A stretch of 63,855 bases of DNA, filler included, from Pirum gemmata (Eukaryota), in assembly GCA_002812295.1 (NCBI GenBank). It is 15 parts of 15 records of this genome, joined end to end, with 100 filler letters (N's around TTAATTAATTAA, not from the genome) between each part and the next. Parts side by side here need not be neighbours in the genome. Positions count along the whole stretch, not along the records: positions 37,178 to 41,158 come from PDIN01001678.1; positions 41,259 to 46,399 come from PDIN01001679.1; positions 46,500 to 50,434 come from PDIN01001680.1; positions 50,535 to 54,513 come from PDIN01001681.1; 11 more parts are not named here. One strand, 5' to 3'. A program made the translations under genes and the position numbers. Under the pieces are notes generated by a model, which saw nothing but the letters and a program-made list of their open reading frames with translations, made no database searches and was not told where the DNA came from. How positions within the stretch are numbered: the stretch's first letter is position 1; the number at the start of each line of letters is the position of its first letter. Positions 39,751-52,654 of this stretch are shown here, piece by piece.

Positions 39751-40080
39751 TAGCAGTTTTATTGATATGAACTATCTAACAGTTATGACTAGCTAGCAGT
39801 TATGATAAAATTTTTTTTTTTTTTGAAACATCTATTTTCAGGCCTAGATTTTCAATATAGGCATTCAGATTCAAATCTAAATACCTCATATTCCAATCTG
39901 GATATAATAGGTAATATATTATCATAATATTATCATTATATATATCAAGGACTTCAAGTTTCTTTTTTGAAGTCCTTGTATATATATGATTTTAATAGCT
40001 TCTGATATATTCGTCATGTTTACTCATGTTATAACGTAAATTAGTTATTTGTTGACGATGCATAATCAACTAATTAAACG

Positions 40081-40302
40081 AGTAGGGGTGAGATGACGTC
40101 ATTTTATTATTACCGAAAAGTTCCGATTTTTATGGTTTTTATTACTATTAATGTTAATATTGTTACTTTAATTGGTATCTACTATAATTAGATTTACTAT
40201 TTTAAGCTATTTAACTACTATTATTAGCAAAGAACACGGAACTAAGGTTGGCTCGATAAGCATCTGTTCGAAAAAAGTCCCAGTAGATATCTCACCCCTA
40301 CT
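40081..40302. mobile_element. MITE family C (~220-235 bp)
   Basis: Perfect TIR AGTAGGGGTGAGAT/ATCTCACCCCTACT. Copies at 17304-17531, 34395-34615 and 40410-40560; a related subfamily with GGAGGG(G/A)TGAG ends at 9083-9315 and 63296-63526. Confidence 0.88.
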
Positions 40303-41258
40303 ATTAAAAACGTTAGTTAACGATTTTTTTTACTAATAACTGTGCGTATCGAGCTTTTTTTTGGGAACGAGTGAATGTTTTCTCGAAGGTTTTCTTTGTT
40401 AGATATCTGAGTAGGGGTAGATATAGCTGTAGATACTGGAACTTTTTTTGAACAGATGCTTATCGAGCCAACCTTAGTTCCGTGTTCCTTACTAATAATA
40501 GCAGTTAAATAGCTTAAAATAGTTCTTAAAATAGTAAATATAATTATAGTAGATACCAATTAAATGTTGCCAATTTAAAGATTATAACCCTCCAAATAAA
40601 TATTAAGAGTGACAAACTAAATGAAAAGCACGATAATATGACACCATTCTTTGCTAACTATGGTTTTAATAACCCAACCTTTGTTTATGACACCTCGGTA
40701 CTTAAAGCGGAGCAGCTCCTGGAAAACCTGGCTGAAATCCAAGCTAAAATCCAAAGTTGTTGTTGTCGGTTCTGGTGTTCCGCAACTGTTTGTTGAGCAT
40801 TGTTTAGTTGCCCTAGTAACATATTCATTTGGCTGGCTTGACACAGTCGCTCCTGCTCCAAAGCTAGTGTTTGCTTGCTGTTGTAGCAAAGTTATAGCGT
40901 TTTAAAATTCTTATTCAGTGTGCAACAAGTAATATAATCATATATATTTTCATTTACAATCCCCTTTCAACATGTTGACCCGGTGGGTTTAGTGACTTAA
41001 GTCTATTATTTATATTTATAAACAGGTTCAATAAGAATTTAGAATTTGGACGAGGCCTGAGTTCATAATTGTGCATCTATCAACCAGTTATTATCGATAA
41101 CTTATAATAATAATAATAATATTAATGATAATAAATATAATAATAATAATAATAATAANNNNNNNNNNNNNNNNNNNNNNNNNNNNNNNNNNNNNNNNNN
41201 NNTTAATTAATTAANNNNNNNNNNNNNNNNNNNNNNNNNNNNNNNNNNNNNNNNNNNN

Positions 41259-41301
<43 letters not shown>

Positions 41302-41458
41302 GATCATTATCACAATATTGATATAATATAATACAATATTACAATACAATACAATTAAGTTAATACAATAAAATACACTCAATATTTTAATGTACAATAT
41401 TAATACATGTACACTCAATGCAATATACAATATATATGCAATATAATATTATTACAGT

Positions 41459-41514
<56 letters not shown>

Positions 41515-41554
41515 AATCATCATCATCATCATCATCATCATCATNNNNNNNNNN

Positions 41555-41598
<44 letters not shown>

Positions 41599-41706
41599 TA
41601 TCATCATCATTATCATCATCATACATCATCGATCATAATAATAATAATAATATTAATAATCATCATCATCATAATTATCATCATTATCCTTATCATCATC
41701 ATCATC

Positions 41707-41759
<53 letters not shown>

Positions 41760-41807
41760 TATCATTATCATCATCATTATCATCATTATGCATCATCATA
41801 ATAATCG

Positions 41808-41847
<40 letters not shown>

Positions 41848-41850
41848 TAT
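41259..41850. repeat. (CAT)n microsatellite block
   Basis: Long CAT/TAT runs; source of spurious poly-H/D/I/M ORFs. Confidence 0.95.
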
Positions 41851-44302
41851 CATAATATTAATATTGATACAATATAATACAATATTACAATACAATACAA
41901 TTAATACAATAAAAAACACTCACTATTAATGTACAAAATTAATACACTCAATGCAATATACAATATTAATGGAATACAATATTATTACAGTACAATACAA
42001 TACAATGCAATGTCAAACAACATTAATGATTTGGATATGCTCGTTTTTCCTCATTCTAGACTATTTTAAAAAATAATTTATTTTTATATATTTTTTTCGT
42101 GTTCTTTTTCTAAAACCTTCAATGTTTGACTAGCCAAATTATTTTTTTAAAAAACTGGGCTAGAAAAACTGGGTATAGTTTTAGAGTTTTAGTAGTTAGA
42201 CTGTTTCTCAAAATTTGGTAGTACTTATAATAAAATTGGATCATTTTGAGATTTTTGGATTTTTGTGCTCATGTCCATCCTCAGTGTCCATCCTCTAGCT
42301 AGTCTAGCATGTCCATTTTTATCCGGCTTGGTAATATCATAAGTTGGTAGGTCTATGTAGACTATAGGTTAGGGTTCGTTTTTTTAAATAGGGTTTAACA
42401 AAAAAAAAAAAAAAAACAAATTATCATAAAAAAAAAAAAAAATGACCAATTATCGATTTCTTTTGTAAAAAAAAAAAAATAATAATATTAAAATTAATAT
42501 GGTATGTAGCGTAGCCCCGTATGCTAGATAAAATTTATAAGAGAATATTAGTAGCTATCAGATAGCTGTTGATATGGTAATAGTTCTCAAAGACTTTTAG
42601 GGTTCTCAGCTTTTCACTTTTTTTATAAAAAATTATGAATCATTATAAATTATAATGATTCATATTTTTTTAATATTATAATTTATAATATTATTATTAT
42701 GATACATTATAAAATAATAATAATAATAACAGTATAATAATATTATGATATCATAATAAATAACTCTAGCTTGCAGCTTGCTAGCTAGCTAGTAGGGTCT
42801 ATCGATCAATAGTTCTCATGGTTGATGTATATGGTCATAATAATAATTTATTATAATATCATAATATTATATTTTATTTTTTAAAATTATTATTATAATA
42901 ATTTTATTATTGTTCGATAATAGACTTCGATAATATATAAATAAAAAACCATAGCTACAGTAAGCTACTAGCTAGCTAGCTAGCTTAGTAGCTAGCTAGC
43001 TAGAGCAATCAGATATCATAATTATCACATCAGTATCAGATCGCATGCAATCTTTTTCTTATACATACCATACTAGGAAATTTATTATATTGTGCTTTTC
43101 ATTTATTTTGTCACTCCAAATATTTATTTGGCTATTATGATATTTAAATTGACCTTTTTAAAAATGAATAAATAGATAATAAAATATACCAAATTAAATG
43201 AAACGGATTTATATTGTATTAATTTGGTACTCTTTTTTGTATATTTNNNNNNNNNNNNNNNNNNNNNNNNNNNNNNNNNNNNNNNNNNNNNNNNNNNNNN
43301 NNNNNNNNNNNNNNNNNNNNNNNNNNNNNNNNNNNNNNNNNNNNNNNNNNNNNNNNNNNNNNNNNAAGTCCTTGCTATGATACTTGAAAAAAAAAAAAAA
43401 AAAGAGTGAAAAAATGGTGCGTGTCGTTAACTGTGTGACTGTGACGAAAATGACTGCCGGGCCAGTGCCACATAAAGCCCACATTGTGCCGGCAGTGTCG
43501 ACTGAGTCGTTCAATGGCACGGAATGGCACCCGTTGCACAAAAAAAAAAAAAAATTATCATTATTAATATTATTATTTATAAAAATAATTTTTATGATCT
43601 TTGATCTATCTATCCATATACTCTACCTATACTCTATCTATAGACTAGAGATATCAGAGTATGTAGACTTATAATGTAGTGTAAGTGTAACTACTAGTGT
43701 AGGGGAAGCGGCTAGTAGCTACAGCCTACAGCTGCCTACTACAGCCCGAGTAGGTCTACTGGAGTAGAGTGGTTACTAACTACTACTAGCTAGCTAGCTA
43801 CTACTATCGATAGCTAGCTAGCTAGAGAGGGCCTTTTGCTAGCTAGCTTGCTACTAGCTAGTATCATAGTATATCCATAGTATTGTGAATTATTTACAAT
43901 AGCTATCATAATATTGTTATGATACATAACTTGATACATAGACTAAGTCTAACATACTACTGATACAAGCTACTACTAAGCTACCTACTAGCTAGCTAGC
44001 TAGAGCTAAAGAGAGAGCCTGTGATGAGTGGACTGGGATGACTCGGATGAGTGGACACCAGGAAAGAGCAAGAGTCTAGCCTAGCTAGCTAGAGCTAGCT
44101 AGTAGTACTACTAGTAGGTGATCTTATTGTGAGACTGTGTGAGACTGTGAGTAGAGTGTGAGTAGCCTAACAGTAGGTGATGTTACTGTGAGACTGTGTG
44201 AGTACTGAGTAGCCTAACTCTGTGAGCTCACTGTGACACTGACACAGGAATCACTGCAGGATGTAACTACGAATTCACTGTGTGTAGATAGATATATTGA
44301 TA

Positions 44303-44474
44303 GGGAGCGTTCTAATACCACGTAACGCCAACTTCCGGTCAAATACAGCTTCAAATACCCCTACCTACTTACCTCTCGACGTTAATTTCCGGTCAAATAC
44401 CACCTATCATACCTACACTCTACCTACCTACACTCTACCTACCCCTTGACGTGACGTATTATCTGAACGCTCCC
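44303..44474. mobile_element. MITE family E (PIF/Harbinger-like termini)
   Basis: TIR GGGAGCGTTC/GAACGCTCCC with an internal CCGGTCAAATAC repeat. Copies at 2815-2972, 12745-12787, 15558-15620 and 39375-39490. Superfamily assignment is inferred from the TIR only. Confidence 0.8.
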
Positions 44475-45129
44475 ATATCATACATATATCATAGTACATA
44501 TTTAAAATACCAGTACTGATACATAATATATATATAGACTATGATATCTTATTTTCATACACACCTTTCCTACATAATATACAGATAATAGAGTCATCTA
44601 TAGACGAATATCGATATGATTATTAATTAAAAAAATTAAATTTTTGTAAAATTAACTGTTACTACTAGCTAGCTAGCTAGAGTAGAGCTATCGTAGATTC
44701 GTAGTGGATCGGGTTCTATCATAACAAACTTTCCTGAGTTCTTTGACTTTTGACCAAAAATTTCAGCCTAATAAATACGGTTAGAAATATGATACAATAT
44801 TAAATGTCATATTATTATACCGCCGGTAGACTATAGTATACAGTTTATCGATAGTATACCTTATATTATTATACTATCAATAGATATATAAATATTATAA
44901 ATGTAATAATATAAATATGATAATATTAATTATATAATAATTATTATTATAGGGCCCCCTATATAGGGTCTATACTATGAGAGATATCTAAGGGGTGATA
45001 TGATGATATCATCATATCGATACTTTTATAATAGCATAATAGTAATATCCCTGAGCAGGCCAAATACGCTAGCTCAAACACATATATAAATATCAATAAA
45101 AAAAAAATTATGATACTAATAATAACAAC

Positions 45130-45163
<34 letters not shown>

Positions 45164-45183
45164 GTTAAACATGATAAATAATG

Positions 45184-45217
<34 letters not shown>

Positions 45218-45256
45218 TAATAATAATAATTATAATAATATTAATAATAATAATAN

Positions 45257-45291
<35 letters not shown>

Positions 45292-45409
45292 CTAAAAACA
45301 ATGTTATTGTAGGACTCAATTTTTTTACTAATATTACCCGAAAAAAATGGAGAGTTTTGTTATTAGCTACGTTAGTAGTTAACTTCTTAGGTATACTATA
45401 GTTTTATTA

Positions 45410-45642
45410 TCATCATATATATAATAATAGATGCTATCACTTTTATGTTCATCAATATCATTATTATCATCATCGTTATTGTTATCATCATCACCATCAT
45501 CATCATTTGTATCATCATTATCATCATCATCATCATCATCATCTTTTATATAATAATAAACGTTATCATTTTTATTTTCATAATTATCATTATCATCATC
45601 ATCATCGTTATCATTATTATCATCACCATCACCATCATCATT

Positions 45643-45687
<45 letters not shown>

Positions 45688-45921
45688 TTTTATATAATGA
45701 TAGACGATATCATTTTTATTTTCATCATTATCCTTATTATTATTATCATCGTTATCATTATCATCATCACCATCATCATCATCATCGTCATCATCATCAT
45801 CATCATCATCATCATCGTCATCTTATATATAATAATAGGCGCTATCTTTTTTATTTTCATTAATGTTATCGTTATCATTATCATTATAGTCATCATCATC
45901 GTCTTCTATCATTTTATTATG

Positions 45922-45952
<31 letters not shown>

Positions 45953-45965
45953 CATCCTTATCATT

Positions 45966-46000
<35 letters not shown>

Positions 46001-46048
46001 ATATAATAATAGACCCTATCATTTTTATTTTCATCATTATCATCATCA

Positions 46049-46088
<40 letters not shown>

Positions 46089-46399
46089 CATTATTATTTT
46101 TATCATATTATTATTATCATCATCATCTTATATATAATAATAAACGCTATCATTTTTATTTTAATCATTAGCATTAGTATTATTATTATTATTATTATCA
46201 TCATCATCATCATCATCTTATATATAATAATAGATGCTATCATTTTTATTTTCATCATTATCATTAGTATTATCATCATCATCATCATTATCATCATTGT
46301 CATCATCATCATCATCATCTTATATATATGATAATAGAAGCTAACATCTTTATTTTCATCATTATTATTATTATTATTATCATCATCATCATCATCATC
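45410..46399. repeat. Compound minisatellite: ~38-bp constant unit separated by variable (CAT)n/(TAT)n runs
   Basis: About 8 copies of TCTTATATATAATAATAGACGCTATCATTTTTATTTTCAT, near 45415, 45543, 45687, 45820, 45997, 46126, 46216 and 46318. Confidence 0.85.
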
Positions 46400-46653
46400 N
46401 NNNNNNNNNNNNNNNNNNNNNNNNNNNNNNNNNNNNNNNNNNNTTAATTAATTAANNNNNNNNNNNNNNNNNNNNNNNNNNNNNNNNNNNNNNNNNNNNA
46501 GTAGTAGCAGTAGTAGTAGTAGGCTAGACTACTATAGCTAGTATCATAGACTCTGGTACCCAACTGTCTATGATACAGACCTTTTTGAGGTTGGCTTACT
46601 ACTACTACTACCTACTGTCTACTATTACTATTACTACTACTACTACCTACTGC

Positions 46654-46731
<78 letters not shown>

Positions 46732-48060
46732 TTACTACTATTACTACTACACTACTACTATCGGGATAAATTGCTGGGATAATATTCTCCTACCACATAC
46801 AAAATCAGAGATAACATTCTTACCAATAGGAAAATTTCATCTGGGGGAAAATTCACCACATTTATGCACCTGATTAATAGCTATTGGATGTCTTTTTAAA
46901 TATGAAACAACAACCAATATAATACTAGTAAAACAGCAAAATCAAAAAAAGCTAAAAATAAAATTTGAGAAATTTTATAAAAATATGATTGGGAAGTTGG
47001 GAACTGCATGGGAACTAAGTCTGGTAGGCCTCTCCCAATTCTGCTCAAACCCGAAAGCTCAAATTTCTGCTGTCAAAAAAAGCCAAAATTCAGCTCCGTT
47101 CGAATTTTTATTTTCATATTTTTCGAGTTTATTAATAAATAAATATATTTGAATACTTAATTGTAAGCTTGAACATTTCGAACTTATTAATTAATATATA
47201 GACTCGAAATATCGATTTTTAAANGTCTGGGAACCAGGTCTCTAAGAGTTCTCTAAGTCCGTTTCAAAAAAACTAAATATTGTTTGGACCAATTACAATT
47301 TACAACTCCCTATACTGGGTGTTTTTTTTTTTTTTTTGAAATTACTTTTATTAAAAAATACCAATCACAATGCTCACTGGATGCTCTGAATGTCATAACT
47401 ATGTCATGGTGTTTTTTTTACCCATATATAGGTATAATAGATGTCTCATATTTGAAAATTTCAAATCTATTTTTTAAAAAAAAAAATAAAAATACCTATT
47501 ATATTACTTATGTTCGGAAACAGAAAAGTCTAGTAGTAAAACCCAAAAAGTTGGACGTTTTTACACCATATGTCATAAACCCCCCTTTTTTTTAGTTTTT
47601 TTATATGTATCAATATTATTCTTGGACAGCTCTTGGAGACTTGGACCCATTTATTTCACTAGTAGATCGGGGTAGTAGACCCACGCCCCGTCTATTCCTA
47701 ATCTAGATTCTTAATTTTTTTTTTTTTTTTTTTTNNNNNNNNNNNNNNNNNNNNNNNNNNNNNNNNNNNNNNNNNNNNNNNNNNNNNNNNNNNNNNNNNN
47801 NNNNNNNNNNNNNNNNNNNNNNNNNNNNNNNNNNNNNNNNNNNNNNNNNNNNNNNNNNNNNNNNNNNNNNNNNNNNNNNNNNNNNNNNNNNNNNNNNNNN
47901 NNTATAATATTTAAATTGGCATTTTTAAATCAATACATAGATAATAAAATATACCAAATTAAATCAAATGGATTTATATTGTAGTAATTTGGTACTATTT
48001 ATTATATATTTCATGATGACAAAACAACTGAAAAGAAGCACTATAATTAAAAATAGACTA

Positions 48061-48175
48061 GCAAGATTTCGATTTTAGGAAAAGTGAAGTCATTTGAAAA
48101 TTTTTTGGAAGAAAAATAGAGCAAGATTTCGATTTTAGGAAAAGTGAAGTCATTTGAAAATTTTTTGGAAGAAAA
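48061..48175. repeat. 60-bp-period tandem duplication upstream of the glycoside-hydrolase-like gene
   Basis: GCAAGATTTCGATTTTAGGAAAAGTGAAGTCATTTGAAAATTTTTTGGAAGAAAA occurs twice exactly. Confidence 0.9.
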
Positions 48176-48334
48176 CTGTATAAATATCGAACCAAAAAAA
48201 CAAAAACAAAAACAAAAACCAAAAAAACAAAAAAACAAAAACCAAAAACCAAAAACCAAAAAACAAAAAAACAAAAAACAAAAACAAAAACATAATATTC
48301 GTAATATTATATTAATACATAATTATATATAAAA

Positions 48335-50434
48335 ATGATTTACTCAAGAGCAACCTTGATTAGTAGTGTTTTGGCTGTAAGTGCAAACGGACAATTGATT
48401 CCGAAACCAGAAAAAGCTGCCCCTTCAATCCCAAAAGTAAATATACCATGGACTCACAATGCGAGATTGTGTGGCCTAACGACAACTAAAGAAGATGGAA
48501 ATTTCAAAGAATTGCTAGATTTAAGAAAAAAAGAAAATTGCAATGTTATTGAACTGGATAGTGGTTTAAGTTATTATAAGAATGATGCAGAATTTGAAAA
48601 AGAACTTAAATACTTAAATGAAATAAGTACTTATGTTAAGGAATTAGGGATGAAATCTGTGGTGTATATTCCAACTTTGGAAGTACAACTAACAGGTGGT
48701 TGTAATGATGACAACAAACACAGTACACAGTCATTTATGCACACAAAAAAAGATCAATTACAACAAAATTTGGCTGGCCATCATAACTCCTTTTGTGGAA
48801 ACCAAGAGCATTGGGTAAATAAAGGAGAAGAATCAGCTTGGTTTGACCCTAATAACGCTGATTATCGGGCGCATTTTCTTGGGAGAGTTAAACGTTTTGC
48901 AAAAGAAACTAATTTAAACGGTCTATGGGGAGATGTGCCGATATTTAGTGATACAACTTCTGCAGTAAGTGGCGGTTGGTTTGGTGCTGGGAATGTGAAT
49001 AAACAGCTATTTTTGGATTGGGCAAAGGAACATGGCTACGATTTTGTAACTGATTTCCCTAAAATAACCGAAGCTGGTGATAATGGTGGAATAAGCACAC
49101 CCTTATTTCGAGCATGGAGTCAATGGCGTCATTACACCTTGGATGATTGGCAAGATTCCATTACTAAAGCTGGAGAAGAGGGAGATAAAGATTTTATTTT
49201 TGCTGCAGAAGTTTATTCTACTGATTATATGGATGGCATGATTGTTGGTTTAGATGGAGGTTATAAAAAGAATAAAAAACAGTTTAGAGTTTGGGAAATC
49301 GATAGCGTTGCTAACACAAAGGCAATGATTAGTTCCACTCGGGAGGATTTTAGAAATAAAATTGCGATGAATAAATATGCCGTTGCTGCTGATGATGGTC
49401 AACACACTTGGTTGTTTGCTTACGGTGAAGAATGGTTAGATCAAACTATGGTCCTTGGTGCAATTGCTGGTGTTGGTGCCAGTCCATTTGAGGCAGACAC
49501 TCCATCTATGACAGATTCAGTCAACAGTACCTTCAGAGAAGTATTTTACGGGTTCATGGACGATATGGATGCAACTATTTATGATTCTACACGTAAAAAT
49601 GATGTTGGTGTCTTGTATAGTTCTCTAACTAGAGATCATGGCGATTATGCGAATAATTGTTATTATGGTATGTTTAGTGAAACTAGAGGTAAGGATAAAG
49701 ATCACTGGAGTAAAGAAGCGGGTGATTCAGTGGTAGCTTGTTCTCATTTAGGAGCTTATCGTGGAACTATGAATGTATTGGGTGAGTTTCAAACTACTCA
49801 CAAAGTCGTTATTGATACACACAGAGGTATGCAATCATTAGAAGGATTAAAAATGCTATTTGTTCCTTCGGTTACATCTATGAAAAAAGAAGCTGCTCAA
49901 GCTATTGAAAATTTTGTTAATCTTGGTGGTAGTGTAGTGTTCACTGGTGATATGCCAGCGGTCATGGATGAAATTGGTAACCAACACGATAAACCTTTAT
50001 TTGCAAACTCCTTGTTAAAACTGAAAAACGCAGCAGATAACTATGAGAATAGCTATGGTAAAGGAAAAGTATTTTATTATCCTGAAGTCAAAGCTCGTAC
50101 TTTATTAACTGGCAGTGTACTTGGTGGTGGGTCAAACCCTGAAGATCACAAAACTGCTGTCACTTTAATCAGAACAACTGTTGCTTCGATGGCTGCTAGA
50201 CAAGTAACTATCAACAATGAAAACGATCAACTTAATGAAAACTTGTATGTAGAAGTAGGAAAAAGCAACCATGATGACACTGAGTCTATTTACATCTTAA
50301 ACTTGGAAGGTTTCAAACAACCTTTACTTGAAAGCGAGACGTTATTGAAAATTCAATATAATGCCCCAAAGTGTACCAAAGTTAAAGGTGCTTCCATTTA
50401 TACCCCTGACAAGCAAAATTGGAGTGGGGTGTTA
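48335..50434 (+). CDS. Secreted glycoside-hydrolase-like protein (TIM-barrel of GH42/GHL type plus beta-galactosidase trimerisation/GATase-like domain); 3' truncated
   Basis: 700 uninterrupted codons with a signal peptide. Barrel-type motifs ELGMKSVVY, AWFDPNNADYR..F and LNGLWGDVP; FRAWSQWR; then DVGVLYS and LKMLFVPSV..M....AIENFVNLGGSVVFTG..P..MDEIG, typical of the GH42 middle domain. Confidence 0.85.
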
Positions 50435-50706
50435 NNNNNNNNNNNNNNNNNNNNNNNNNNNNNNNNNNNNNNNNNNNNTTAATTAATTAANNNNNNNNNN
50501 NNNNNNNNNNNNNNNNNNNNNNNNNNNNNNNNNNTATATCAGATGTATATATAAATAAATAAATAAATAAAAAAAAAAAATTAGTAAAAACTGAAAATAC
50601 GGAAAATACTATTTATGTGGATAAAATTATTAGTATAAAATTCTAGATAAGTGAAAATAATATTACTTACATATGAAAATAATAAGATTTTTACTTCCAA
50701 CTAAAA

Positions 50707-51102
50707 ATGCTGAAAATTCTGAAATTTTTGTTAATATCTTTAATCAACGTTCACGTAGTACTTAGTCAAGTAGCACGTGCGTTAAACTGTTTATCCTCGT
50801 CAGCAGAGCGATCTCTAGCTTATGGTTGTGATCACCAACCTTGTGAAGAGGCGGTTTGCTTGGAAGATTCTTATTGTTGTGATTCAAAATGGGATCAGGG
50901 ATGTTACGAACTCGCTAAATCAAAAGAAGAATGTCTTTCTTTTTTTGCTTTGTGTACTAGCGAGTTAAGTCTAATTGCGCCACTTCCAGATGATCGTTCA
51001 AAGTTTTACTTTTGTAACTTTAATACAAATCAAGTTTCATTTCATGAGTGTTCCCGAGGTAACTTTTTCGGTTTTTCTCGAAATAGTGTCGGGTGCGGTT
51101 GA
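50707..51102 (+). CDS. Small secreted Cys-rich protein with a CC..WD..C module and a degenerate chitin-binding peritrophin-A (CBM14)-like C-terminus
   Basis: Signal peptide MLKILKFLLISLINVHVVLS; GCDHQPCEEAVCLEDSYCCDSKWDQGC; C...PLPDDRSKFYFC...HECSRGNFF...GC resembles CBM14 spacing with one Cys pair missing. Confidence 0.75.
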   Translation: MLKILKFLLISLINVHVVLSQVARALNCLSSSAERSLAYGCDHQPCEEAVCLEDSYCCDSKWDQGCYELAKSKEECLSFFALCTSELSLIAPLPDDRSKFYFCNFNTNQVSFHECSRGNFFGFSRNSVGCG

Positions 51103-51769
51103 TTGAATTGTTTTTTGCAAAAACTAATTCATCAACATCAAGCCGGATAAAAATGGCGACATCCGCTATATGAGCATTAAAAGAATTAAAAAAAAAAAAA
51201 TTATCCGGCTTGGCTGTTAAAAATATATATAAAAAAAAAAGAACGTTTTATAAACGTTAGTTAAATTATCATTTTGTTTCCTTTTTGATTCATAAAATAG
51301 AGCTGGGAGCTATAACTATTAAAAGATCATACATATCAATATAACTATATTTTAATAATTATATGATATATTTAATAAATAATATTATGTGGATGCTTAT
51401 TATAACTATAAAAAATACAACATTACAACAATTAATTCAACAATGCAACATTAAAAATACGAGTACTATATATAATACGACGTATACAATATTAATATTA
51501 CAGTACTGCATCAATACTACTTTACTACAACGTAAACAATATTTCAACGATAACAATACAATAATACAGGTATATTTACATTGCAACAATACAACAATAC
51601 AAAAATAAGAAATAATATTAAAATATTAATATTATTATTTACATTAATATTGTTTCTGCGTAAGTATAAATATAACACAATTTTCCCCACCAAAATGAAA
51701 ACCAAAACCAAAACCAAAACTAAAACTAAAACTAAAACTAAAGCCAAAACCAAAACCAAAACCAAAAAG

Positions 51770-51994
51770 ATGAAACCTGGTCCTAATTCTTGTTACGTCG
51801 CCCCCACTGGAAGGTTAAAGTTCAAAAACAATAATGGTGATACATTTACATTTAACGATTTTCAAATCAACTTATCGTAAAATGTCGATAGACATGTCTT
51901 TTGGATCGGCAACAAAAAGTGTGTGAACTCTGGATATGGCACTCCGAGTGATCTTAAATGTGAAAATGATAATGGTGACAAGCTTTTTTTTTAA
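51770..51994 (+). pseudogene. Coding-like segment with one in-frame stop
   Basis: MKPGPNSCYVAPTGRLKFKNNNGDTFTFNDFQINLS*NVDRHVFWIGNKKCVNSGYGTPSDLKCENDNGDKLFF*; GC is higher than in the flanks. Confidence 0.4.
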
Positions 51995-52654
51995 GTATCA
52001 GCAAGAAAAATACAATTCGATGTATCATTAACGCCAGCTAATTAATAAAATAAATTTATTTTAATTCAAACTTATTACAGTCGTGATACAGAATTCAATT
52101 GTAAGAATGAAAATTTTACGAATTCGATGTATCATTAACGCCAGCTAATTAATAAAATAAATTTAGGATAATAATTTAATTCAGAATTATTAAAATAGTC
52201 GTGATACAGAATGTAAGTTCAATATATCTGATTATCTTCGTAATTAAACCTTTATTTATTGTTTTTTCTACTACTAAGAGAAGGAACCGTCTGTATAGGT
52301 GACCTTATATATATAACTCTAACCTATTCTTTATAATAATATAACTAATACTAATCAATTAACTTTATTACCCAGTTATATATACTTAAACTGTATGTGT
52401 TTATTAATTTAATGTTACCATTTATATTATATTATAATTTTAAATTTTAGTAAGCAAAACATAGTTTTTATTTTCATTAGCCGTAACCTTTAAATCTATG
52501 ATACCCTTAAGCTTACTGTATTAAAAAAAACCCGAGCCCGAACCAAATATATAACTAGCTATTTAACCTAAATCCGTGTAACCAATTTTACTCTAACTTT
52601 CCCTAAATCTATGTAACCAATTTTACTCTAACTCTATCTTATATAGCCAATTTT

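Noticed and set aside
45410..46399. Repeat-spacer pattern and poly-I/H/M ORFs
   Set aside because: Spacers are CAT microsatellite; the ORFs are low-complexity artefacts.
48335..51102. Carbohydrate-utilisation cluster (GH plus CBM14-like gene)
   Set aside because: Separated by an artificial spacer, so adjacency is unsupported.
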